Source: Blastocatellia bacterium (GTDB taxonomy: Bacteria; Acidobacteriota; Blastocatellia; UBA7656). From it: 64,000 bases of DNA. The position numbers and the translations under genes are program-made. The notes beneath the pieces were generated by a model, which had not been told where the DNA came from, ran no database searches, and saw only the letters and a list, made by a program, of their open reading frames with translations. Shown here in pieces: positions 44,704 through 53,185 of this stretch. The stretch is taken from the NCBI GenBank assembly GCA_046565505.1, contig JBKHYJ010000042.1, positions 67,770 to 131,769 of the forward strand. The letters run 5' to 3'. Position 1 is the first letter of the stretch; each line of letters opens with the position of its first letter.

Positions 44704-46407
44704 TCAAACGGGGGCGGCCGTCTCCGCCGCCCTGTCCCTGCCGCGCAGACCGGCCGCCCGCCTTACCGCCATCCACACGGCGCGCCCGACCAGCACCCAG
44801 GCCGCCGCCGCGAAGATGAAGATGAAGTATTGCATGGGGAGTGTGTACCTGAATTCCGTGTGCATAAGCGATTGAACGAGCATGTAGTAAAGCGGCACTA
44901 TCATCACGCGGAGCCACCGCCGCGCGCTCAGCAGCAGCAGGCAGGCCGCCCCTATGAGAATAAATAGCAGCAGGCTCTCTTTGGCGATTCTTTGGGACGC
45001 TCTCACGACCGGCCGCGCCCACGAGATGCTTTCGCCATAGGCGAGCGCGCGGAGCATGGAAGCCCTCCGCGCCGAAGGCTTATCGCGGCGGTCTGAATTT
45101 TTATCGCCCTCGCCGCTTCTGGCATGCCGGGCGGCCTCGCCCGCTTCGACCAACCTCGTATCTGTGCTCTTAAAAACCAGCGGGGCCTGCGCCGAGTACT
45201 TAAACATCTCGCCCATTCGCCAAAACATCGCGCCCGCGAACCAGGCCGGGTGCCTGACTATAACGCCCAGGCTTCTCCTGATCCTGTCGCGGTCGCGCTT
45301 TATCCCGTCGGGCACGGCCCACGACTCAGCGTAGCGCGGGTCGCCATACAAAATGGCTTCCTGGTCGGCCACTTTCTTGTCGTCGTCTACCGCGCCGAAT
45401 CGCCCCCCGCCCCCGTCCGCGATGCCTTCCCAGAGCACTATCCCCGTGTTTGCGCTTACGGGCACGAACTCCCCGAAGATTACATAATTGCGTACCGTGA
45501 TCGGGGCGATCACCAGGAGTGGCGCTATTGCGACGACCCATGCGCGCTTTGCCGTCTGCGCCTTCCGCGAAGAGAGCAGGACGAGCAGGGCGGCCAGAAA
45601 TGGCCCCATCATTAACGTGTTCGGCCTGAGCCAGGTTGACAGCCCTATCATCACGCCCGCGAGCCCATAAATCCACCACGCACGTGCGCGGCCGCGCCCC
45701 GTCACGGCGAGCAGGTACACGGCCATCAACAGCGGCAGCGAGCAGATGGAATCCGGGAGAATGAAATTCGAGTAGTAAGAAAGATGATGCGACAGCGCGG
45801 CCAATAATCCCGCCGCCGCCCCTACGGGCCAAGTGAGCAGATTCCCTGCGATAAGAAAGATCAAGACGGCTGAGAACGAGTTCAGGATGTTTTGAATCAA
45901 CTGAACGTTGAAATAGCTCTTGCCGAGGAGCGAGTAAATCGCCGCGAGGTAGATCGGATACCCCGGCGCGTGCACGAGCAGACTCGTGTCGGCCGGGTCC
46001 CAATTATCCGGGATCAGCAGCCCATGACCTTCCGTGATCGAAACGGCTTCGCGGTGGTATTCGGACGCCATGCCCCCGGCGGGCTGCTCGACCGTGTACA
46101 TGACGGGCGAGAGGTCCACCGCGACCAGCGATTTGATCGAGAATGAGGTGAAAAAAATCAGGAGAGAGAAAAGCAGCTTGGCCCTGTCGCCGAAACGGCT
46201 GCGGCCCCCGAGCGCAATGATGATGCGCCGGCGCAAGCGCGGGGCGTTCAAGCCCGCGGGCCATATAATTGCGCAGCCTGCTACGGTCCGCGCAGGGCGT
46301 GAAGAGTTGTTTTGAGTCATCGCCTCGGGCCAAACAGCATACAAAGCCCTGCGACGAACGGTCAACAGGCTCACTCGATGCGAACGCCGGCCGGGAATGG
46401 TAACCAT
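44704..46407 (-). CDS. polytopic membrane protein, putative GT-C-fold (ArnT/PMT-like) glycosyltransferase (start uncertain)
   Basis: 10+ TM helices. N-terminal periplasmic-loop acidic motif region (E.HREA.SI.EG.G...D..D) reminiscent of GT39/GT83 enzymes. The first ~60 aa of the track ORF look non-coding. Confidence 0.4.
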   Translation of the reverse strand: MVTIPGRRSHRVSLLTVRRRALYAVWPEAMTQNNSSRPARTVAGCAIIWPAGLNAPRLRRRIIIALGGRSRFGDRAKLLFSLLIFFTSFSIKSLVAVDLSPVMYTVEQPAGGMASEYHREAVSITEGHGLLIPDNWDPADTSLLVHAPGYPIYLAAIYSLLGKSYFNVQLIQNILNSFSAVLIFLIAGNLLTWPVGAAAGLLAALSHHLSYYSNFILPDSICSLPLLMAVYLLAVTGRGRARAWWIYGLAGVMIGLSTWLRPNTLMMGPFLAALLVLLSSRKAQTAKRAWVVAIAPLLVIAPITVRNYVIFGEFVPVSANTGIVLWEGIADGGGGRFGAVDDDKKVADQEAILYGDPRYAESWAVPDGIKRDRDRIRRSLGVIVRHPAWFAGAMFWRMGEMFKYSAQAPLVFKSTDTRLVEAGEAARHARSGEGDKNSDRRDKPSARRASMLRALAYGESISWARPVVRASQRIAKESLLLFILIGAACLLLLSARRWLRVMIVPLYYMLVQSLMHTEFRYTLPMQYFIFIFAAAAWVLVGRAVWMAVRRAAGLRGRDRAAETAAPV

Positions 46408-46557
46408 TCGGAGGCGAGTTTCAGGCGAACGCTCTGAATAAAAGAGGCGAGATCGTTACGCCGAGCAGCCCTGCCGCGGGGGCCGGACTGCTCGCCCAGA
46501 GTTCTAACTTCCCGCCCATCAGTTCGAGCAGGGGTAACGCTCGATACACGCCCACAC

Positions 46558-49242
46558 TTACTCGTACCTCAGCGCGACGAGCGGGTCGACGCGCGAGCCG
46601 CGACGCGCAGGTATGTAACAGGCCGCAAACGCGACCGCCGCCAGCAGCAGCGCGGCGCCGGAGTAAACAACAGGGTCCGTCGCGCTGACCTCGAAGAGCA
46701 GGCCCGCGATTGCCCGCGTCAAAGCCGCCGCGCCCGCGGCCCCCGCCAGGACCCCGACCGCCGTTAGCCGCATACCCTGCCGCAGTATCGAGCGCATCAA
46801 GTCACGAGGCTCGGCGCCGAGCGCCAGGCGAATGCCGAATTCTGTCGTCCGGCTGCTGACGTAAACGGACATGACGCCATATATCCCGACCGCGGCCAGC
46901 ACCACGGCAAGCAACGAAAACGCCGTGAGGAGCAGGTTGGTCAGGCGCTGGCTGTTGAGCGTCCGGCCGACCAGCTCCGTCATAGTGCGGACGGAATAGA
47001 TGGGCAGGTCGGGGTCGAGTCCCTGAATTTTGCCGCCGACGAGAGAAGTGACGGCCGCCGGGTCGCCTGCCGTGCGGACGACCAGGTACATTGACGGCTG
47101 CGGGTCTTGCGTGTAAGGAATGTAGAGGTGCGGCTCTATTGTTTCAGTCAGGCTCCTGTGCTTGACCCCGCCCACGACCCCCACGATGGTCATCCACGCA
47201 TCAGGCCCCGTCGCCCAGCCGTACCTTATTCGCTTGCCTACCGCGTTGCCGTCGGGCCAGTATTGCAGCGCGAGCGTTTCGTCGACGACCGCCACGGGCG
47301 GCGAGCTGCCCAGGTCCGCCTCTGAAAAATCCCGCCCACGCAGCAAGGCGATCCCGAGGGACTGAAAGTAGCCCTGGCTCACTATTCGGATTTGCGCGTT
47401 CGGATAAACGCTGCTTAGTGGCGGCTCGTGCCCTTCGACGACGTAACCATCCGAGGTGCGGCCACTGCCGAAGGGCAGGTTGGAGATTGCGCCGGCGTCT
47501 CTGACGCCCGGCAGGCCGCGCACCTGCTCAAGCAGGCTGCGGTAGAACTGAGATGTTTGCTCGGGGCTGGAGTACTTCCGGGCCGGCAGCGAGAGTCGCA
47601 GAGACAGCACCCTGTCAGGCTGAAAGCCAGGGTCGACTGACATCAAACGCTGGAAGCTCTTAAGCAGCAGCCCCGCGCCCACGAGCAGAACGACCGAGAG
47701 AGCGAACTGTGCCGCCACGAGCGCGTTGTTCATGCGGCGGCTAGAAGCGGAGGCGCTGCCCCGCAGACCTTCCCGCATGCCCGCGCTGAAGCCGAGCTTG
47801 TAAGCCCGCAACGCGGGCGCCAGGCCGAAAAGCAATCCCGTCAGCACAGCCACGCCGGCCGTGAACATCAGCACGGGGCCATTGACGGTCACCTCATCAA
47901 TCCGCGGAATGCCTTCGACCGGAAGCCTGCCGATCATACGCACGCCCCACCACGCGAGCGCGGTCCCGGCGGCCGCGCCCGCCAGCGCGAGCAGCAGGCT
48001 TTCCGTGATGAGTTGCCTTACCACGCGACGCGGCGACGCGCCCAGGGCCAGCCGCACGGCCATCTCCCTCGCGCGCGAAGTCGCCCGCGCCAGCAGGAGG
48101 TTGGCGACGTTCGCGCAGGCGATGAGGAGAACAAATCCGACCGCGCCCAGCAAAACTACCAGTGGCTTCTGGGTCTCTCCGGTGATCAGTTTCTTGAGCG
48201 GGGTTACGATGGTCTTCAGGTCCGCCCCCTCTGGAGGCGGGGCGTCGCCCTGCCGTGCCTCGTTCCACATTATAGTCGTCGTCTCGACGCGCGCTTCGGA
48301 AGGCGAGGTCCCGGGTTTCAACCTCGCGATGGCTGTCAAATTATATGGGTTTCGCTTCTGGGGATTCAGCCCCAGCGGGACCCACACGTCCGCGATGGGG
48401 TCTGGGAAGCCGAACCCCTGACGCATGACCCCCACGACTTCGGTCGGCGTGCCGTTCAGGTTCAAGGACGTCCCGATGATCTGTGGGTCCCCCCCGAACC
48501 GCCGCTGCCAGAACCCATAACTCAGAACGCATACGAGGTTCTTGCCGGGAACGTCTTCTTCGGGCCGGAAGACGCGGCCGACGACAGGCTCGACACCTAG
48601 CACGCTGAAAAAATCAGCGGTGACGCTCACGCCCCGCAGCCGCTCAGGCTCGCCCGCGCCCGTCAGGTTGAACCCTGTGCTGGTGAACCCGGCCATTTTT
48701 TCAAACACATGGTTTTGGTCGCGGTACATCGCAAAATCCGCCTGCGACAGCCCCCACGAATCCAAACCTTTCTGCGGGTATGACTTCACGAGGGTGACCA
48801 GCCGGTCTGGGTCCGAGTATGGCAGCGGGCGCAGCAACACCGCGTTGACAAGGCTGAAGATAGCCGTGTTGGCCCCGATGCCTAGCGCCAGCGTCAGCAC
48901 CGCTATGAATGTAAATCCCCTGTGCTTTCGCATCATCCGAACGCCAAAGCGCAAGTCCTGCCACAGGTCTGCGAACATGTTTCCCCTCCCCGCGCCTAAG
49001 GCCACAATCTCTGGCCCGGCGGCGCGCTCCGTACGTTTCAGCCCCCGCACCAGCAGGCTATTATCACTCAACTCCGAGAGCGCGACGCGGCGAGCTTCCT
49101 CTTCAGAGGCCCCGGCGAGCCGCGCTTCCTCGTACCGATCTTCCAAGTGCTGGGCCAGCTCTTCGACTATCTCGGCCTCGCGCGACGGCTCAAGCTTGAG
49201 CCTGGCCAGCCGCCCCCTTATGTGTTGCTTCCACTCACGCAT
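46558..49242 (-). CDS. ADOP-family duplicated FtsX permease with N-terminal extension
   Basis: 894 aa, same architecture as 21269-23722. 8-nt overlap with upstream PadR gene, the classic PadR-permease pairing. Confidence 0.85.
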   Translation of the reverse strand: MREWKQHIRGRLARLKLEPSREAEIVEELAQHLEDRYEEARLAGASEEEARRVALSELSDNSLLVRGLKRTERAAGPEIVALGAGRGNMFADLWQDLRFGVRMMRKHRGFTFIAVLTLALGIGANTAIFSLVNAVLLRPLPYSDPDRLVTLVKSYPQKGLDSWGLSQADFAMYRDQNHVFEKMAGFTSTGFNLTGAGEPERLRGVSVTADFFSVLGVEPVVGRVFRPEEDVPGKNLVCVLSYGFWQRRFGGDPQIIGTSLNLNGTPTEVVGVMRQGFGFPDPIADVWVPLGLNPQKRNPYNLTAIARLKPGTSPSEARVETTTIMWNEARQGDAPPPEGADLKTIVTPLKKLITGETQKPLVVLLGAVGFVLLIACANVANLLLARATSRAREMAVRLALGASPRRVVRQLITESLLLALAGAAAGTALAWWGVRMIGRLPVEGIPRIDEVTVNGPVLMFTAGVAVLTGLLFGLAPALRAYKLGFSAGMREGLRGSASASSRRMNNALVAAQFALSVVLLVGAGLLLKSFQRLMSVDPGFQPDRVLSLRLSLPARKYSSPEQTSQFYRSLLEQVRGLPGVRDAGAISNLPFGSGRTSDGYVVEGHEPPLSSVYPNAQIRIVSQGYFQSLGIALLRGRDFSEADLGSSPPVAVVDETLALQYWPDGNAVGKRIRYGWATGPDAWMTIVGVVGGVKHRSLTETIEPHLYIPYTQDPQPSMYLVVRTAGDPAAVTSLVGGKIQGLDPDLPIYSVRTMTELVGRTLNSQRLTNLLLTAFSLLAVVLAAVGIYGVMSVYVSSRTTEFGIRLALGAEPRDLMRSILRQGMRLTAVGVLAGAAGAAALTRAIAGLLFEVSATDPVVYSGAALLLAAVAFAACYIPARRGSRVDPLVALRYE

Positions 49243-49588
49243 TTTCCAACCCTGTTATGCGATTGATAGCCTCGACGAAAGCCCGCCAGTTGCTCCGCTG
49301 CGCGGCCAGCACCTTCCTGCCTTCGGGAGTCAGCCGGTAAAAGCGCCGCCGCCGCTGGCCCGCCTTCTCCACCCAGCGGCCCTGAATCCAGCCGCGCTTC
49401 TCCAGCCTGTACAGCAGCGGGTAAAGCGAGGCGACGTTGAACTGCAACGCCCCGCCCGAGCGCGCCTCAATCAACTTGCTGATCTCGTAGCCGTGCCGGG
49501 GCCGGCCTTCGACCAGCGACAGTATCAACAACTCCGCGCTCCCTTTCTTCAGCTCGCGGTCAAGCATTCGAGAGTCTATATGTGGCAT
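49235..49588 (-). CDS. PadR-family transcriptional regulator
   Basis: 117 aa winged-HTH PadR signature (ELLILSLVEGRPRHGYEISKLIE...LYPLLYRLEKRGWI). Confidence 0.9.
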   Translation of the reverse strand: MPHIDSRMLDRELKKGSAELLILSLVEGRPRHGYEISKLIEARSGGALQFNVASLYPLLYRLEKRGWIQGRWVEKAGQRRRRFYRLTPEGRKVLAAQRSNWRAFVEAINRITGLENA

Positions 49589-49836
49589 AGCGACATATTA
49601 CTTAGATATATGTCGCAGGTCAACCGAAATCTGCGCGGCTCCGGCGGGCCGGCTGAAACAGGGGGCGGGGCAAGGTCTCGCGGCAGGCGATTGGACAAAA
49701 GGGCGGGGCTCTGCGGGGCGGGCCGCGCGGGTACGAAAGCGCACGGGGGCGGGGGCGGCCGGGCGGCGAGGCAATGACTCGCTTCGACATCTCCCGGCCA
49801 TAAGCGTGCGCACACGAGGGGCAGGGGCCTCGGCTT

Positions 49837-50595
49837 TCAAACCTCGACCGTCAAGCCGTCCCGCCCGATCAGCACTTCGCCCGAGAAGTGCTCGCGAAGC
49901 TCGCGCCTCAACTCGTCCTCATTCACGTCAAAATAGAAATGCGTGACCAGCAACCTCTCCGCGCGCGCGGCGGCGGCCATCCCGGCCGCGTCTTTGATTG
50001 ATAGGTGCAGGGCGCCTTCGCGCCGCTCGCGGAACGAGCATTCGGAAACCACCAGGCTCGCGCCCGCGAAGAAGCGGCTCACTTCGTCGCTGCGATTCGT
50101 GTCGCCCGTGTAACAGATGGCACTGCAGCCGGCCTCGACCCTCGCCGCAAGGCTCTCCGCCGTGTGAGGCGTCTTCTCGACCGTCAGCGAGCAATGGCCG
50201 GAAAGCTCTACGCGGTCGCCGGGCGAAACCGCCCGCACGTCGAACGGGAACTTCGGCGCGAAGAGGTTCTCGCCGAACGCCGCCTTCAGGCCGTCCATCA
50301 CTCGGTCGATCCCGCGCGGGGCGATCAGCGTGAGCGGCCCGGCGCGCTTGTCCTTCATGCCGTGGCGGAACGCGAAGAAGAGCGACGCGAGCTCGCCGCA
50401 GTGGTCCACGTGAAAATGGCTGATGAACAGGTGCGTCATACGCTCCCACGGAAGGCCATACCGCGCGAGCGCGTGCAGCGTCCCCGCCCCGCAGTCCATC
50501 ATCATTCTTACGCCGCGCGATTCGATGAAATAGCCGGAAGAGTTCCTTCCGCCATCGGGGACGTTTGTGCCCGACCCTAGAACAGTGAGTTTCAT
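49837..50595 (-). CDS. MBL-fold metallo-hydrolase
   Basis: HFHVDHCGE (HxHxDH) motif. Start set at MKLTVLGSG with GGGGAGG RBS; the track start at 50793 is upstream. Confidence 0.8.
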   Translation of the reverse strand: MKLTVLGSGTNVPDGGRNSSGYFIESRGVRMMMDCGAGTLHALARYGLPWERMTHLFISHFHVDHCGELASLFFAFRHGMKDKRAGPLTLIAPRGIDRVMDGLKAAFGENLFAPKFPFDVRAVSPGDRVELSGHCSLTVEKTPHTAESLAARVEAGCSAICYTGDTNRSDEVSRFFAGASLVVSECSFRERREGALHLSIKDAAGMAAAARAERLLVTHFYFDVNEDELRRELREHFSGEVLIGRDGLTVEV

Positions 50596-50811
50596 GCCGC
50601 CTCCCCATCCGCCCTGCTTGCGACCCGGCCGCGCGCCGGAGGCATTTATACAATTTTTTACAAACGCCCACACGCCAACGTCGTTCATCGGATTGTTGGT
50701 TCTGATTTTATCACGCAGGCTCAGTGCCGCGCCCATGCCGCCGCTCGCGGCAAGCGTTGACATGGCCGCGTCGGTTCTTCTAGCATCGCACAAGCTACGG
50801 GCTGACTAAGA

Positions 50812-52074
50812 ATGGCATTCGCTAATTCAGATGGCGCAGAGACGGTCGAGCGATCCGGTTCCGTGCCGCGCGCCGGCGCGGTGATGGCGATCCTTTTATT
50901 GGTCTTCTTTCTGGGGACGAGCGACAACCAGATGATGTCGCCGCTGCTGCCGCTGATCGCGGGGGACTTCGGTTACGGCGGCCGCGTGGGAGAAGTTGGG
51001 CGCTTTCTAGGGCCCGCCTACGCGCTCGCCGCGGCCGTCGCGGCGCTGCTCGTCGGCCCCATCTCGGACAAGTATGGCCGCCGCCGTTTCCTGCTCTGCG
51101 CCTCGGTGCTCTTCGGCGTCTCGCTGCTGGCCGTGCTTTTGATTAAAGATTTCCGCGCGCTGGCCATCACGAGAATCTTCACGGGGCTCGCGGCCGGGAC
51201 GTTCTCCACCTGCTCGATCGCTTACGTCGCAGACTACTTCCCTTACAACCGGCGCGGCGTCGCGATGAGCGTCGTCCAGGCGGGGTACTTCGGCGCGCTC
51301 GTCGTAGGCGTGCCGGTGGCGAACCAGATCGCGCACTGGCAGGGCTGGCGGTCGAGCTTCGCCTTCTTCGGCCTGCTCTCGCTGCTCGCCTTTATTCTGA
51401 TAGCCGCGCTGCTGCCGGAAGATAAACACCTGATGCGCGAGCAGAACCTCTCGGCGCGAATGGCGAGGCGCTTCGATAACATCAGGCTCGTGTTCGAGAG
51501 GGGTGACCGCGTGGCCTCGATAGCCGCGGCCTTCTTCGTGTCCGGGGGCTTCGTCGGCTTCTTCTTCTACCTGGGCTCGTGGCTGCGCAAGGACCTGAAG
51601 CTCGACGTGGGAGAAGTGAATCTTTTCTTCATAGCGGTCGGGGTGGCGTTGCTGGTCGGGGCGGTCGTGGCGGGCCCCGTGGCCGACAGGTTCGGCAAGC
51701 GCCGCCTCTCAATCCTGAGCACGGTATTACTGGCGCCGATGCTTGTGCTGATACCGAATCTAGGGTGGGGCCTCCCGCTGCTAGCATGCTTTCTTACGGC
51801 GAGCCTCGCGTTCGCCTTCAGGCAAGGGCCGCTCCAGGCCCTCGCCACTGGGCTTGTGCCGCGCCGCGCGCGCGGCGCGCTCGTGGCGGTCCGCAACACG
51901 GCCTCTCAAATCGGCATCGCCGTTTCGACCGTCGCCAGCGGCCCGCTCTACGATAATTTCGGCTATGTGGCGGTGGGGGCCTTCGGCGGGGTGCTGACGC
52001 TCGCGGCCATTTTCTGCATAATCTTGATGAAGGAGCCGGGCGCGGAATTAGCGGAAGGTGGCGAACAGGTGTAA
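50812..52074 (+). CDS. MFS transporter
   Basis: 12 TM helices, MFS loop motif GPISDKYGRRRFLL. Confidence 0.8.
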   Translation: MAFANSDGAETVERSGSVPRAGAVMAILLLVFFLGTSDNQMMSPLLPLIAGDFGYGGRVGEVGRFLGPAYALAAAVAALLVGPISDKYGRRRFLLCASVLFGVSLLAVLLIKDFRALAITRIFTGLAAGTFSTCSIAYVADYFPYNRRGVAMSVVQAGYFGALVVGVPVANQIAHWQGWRSSFAFFGLLSLLAFILIAALLPEDKHLMREQNLSARMARRFDNIRLVFERGDRVASIAAAFFVSGGFVGFFFYLGSWLRKDLKLDVGEVNLFFIAVGVALLVGAVVAGPVADRFGKRRLSILSTVLLAPMLVLIPNLGWGLPLLACFLTASLAFAFRQGPLQALATGLVPRRARGALVAVRNTASQIGIAVSTVASGPLYDNFGYVAVGAFGGVLTLAAIFCIILMKEPGAELAEGGEQV

Positions 52075-52085
52075 ACTCTAGCCCC

Positions 52086-53051
52086 ATGAAAGCACCCCTC
52101 GCATCGCGCGGCGGCCCGAGACCCGGCCGCTGGAAGCGCGTGCTCAAGCGCGTGATCTTAGCCCTTCTAATCCTCTTCGTAGTTTTAGTCTATTGCGTGT
52201 TCCCGCTCTGGTTGTCGTCGGTCGTGACGAACGCGAGGACGCGCCCGGCGGACCGTCAACTGACCGAAACGCCCGCGGATTATAAAGCGGAGTTCAGGGA
52301 CGTTGAGTTCCATACGTCGGACGGCGTCAGGATAAGCGCCTGGCTGATGCCGAGCCGCGGCAGGCGTACGACGATCATTTACTCGCACGGGCTGTTCCGG
52401 TCGAGGCGAGAGCTTTTGGAGCGCGCGGCGGACCTCTGGCAGCTCGGCTATGGGGCGCTGCTGTACGACGCGCGCAACCACGGCGACAGCGGGCCTGCGC
52501 GCGTGAGCTTCGGCTATAACGAGCGGCTCGACGCCGAGGCGGCGGTCCGTTTCCTGCGCGAAGACCTGCGCTCGGGCGACCGCGTCGTGTTGTTCGGAAT
52601 ATCTATGGGCGCGGCGACCGCCTTGCTCGCCGCGGCCGAAACGCCTGAAGTCGCCGCCATCATCTCCGACAGCTCTTTCCTGTCTTTTAAGGACACCACG
52701 GACCATCACGTCAGGTTGTTCTTACACCTGCCGGCCTTCCCTCTGTCGAATGAGATGCGGTATTTGATGGAGTGGCGCGCGGGGTTCGATGGCTCAAGGC
52801 TCGACGCCCTGGACGCGGTTAAGAGAATCGGCCCCCGCCCAATACTCTTCATCGCTGCGGCGCATGATAAACGCATGCCGCCCGACCTTGCGCAAAGGCT
52901 GTACGAAGCTTCCGCAAGCCCCCGGCGCGATCTGCTTGTCGTTGACGGCCCCGGCTCCGAGATACACGGGCACGCCTACCAGGCCGACAGGAAACTTTAC
53001 GTCACGAGGGCCGCGCAGTTCCTTGAGGCCGCTCTTGAGAATCAGGATTGA
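52086..53051 (+). CDS. alpha/beta-hydrolase family protein (membrane-anchored)
   Basis: N-terminal TM helix, then GISMGAA nucleophile elbow with Asp/His downstream. Confidence 0.7.
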   Translation: MKAPLASRGGPRPGRWKRVLKRVILALLILFVVLVYCVFPLWLSSVVTNARTRPADRQLTETPADYKAEFRDVEFHTSDGVRISAWLMPSRGRRTTIIYSHGLFRSRRELLERAADLWQLGYGALLYDARNHGDSGPARVSFGYNERLDAEAAVRFLREDLRSGDRVVLFGISMGAATALLAAAETPEVAAIISDSSFLSFKDTTDHHVRLFLHLPAFPLSNEMRYLMEWRAGFDGSRLDALDAVKRIGPRPILFIAAAHDKRMPPDLAQRLYEASASPRRDLLVVDGPGSEIHGHAYQADRKLYVTRAAQFLEAALENQD

Positions 53052-53185
53052 GTACGGGATCGGGCGAGGGCCTATGACGTTAACGGGAAAGACATAAGCC
53101 CCGCGGGCGCGACACCCGGCCGCGCCATGTAAGACCCACGAAAGAGCATTATTCGGCGGCCCCTCGCGTCGCCCCCTGGGGCTTA

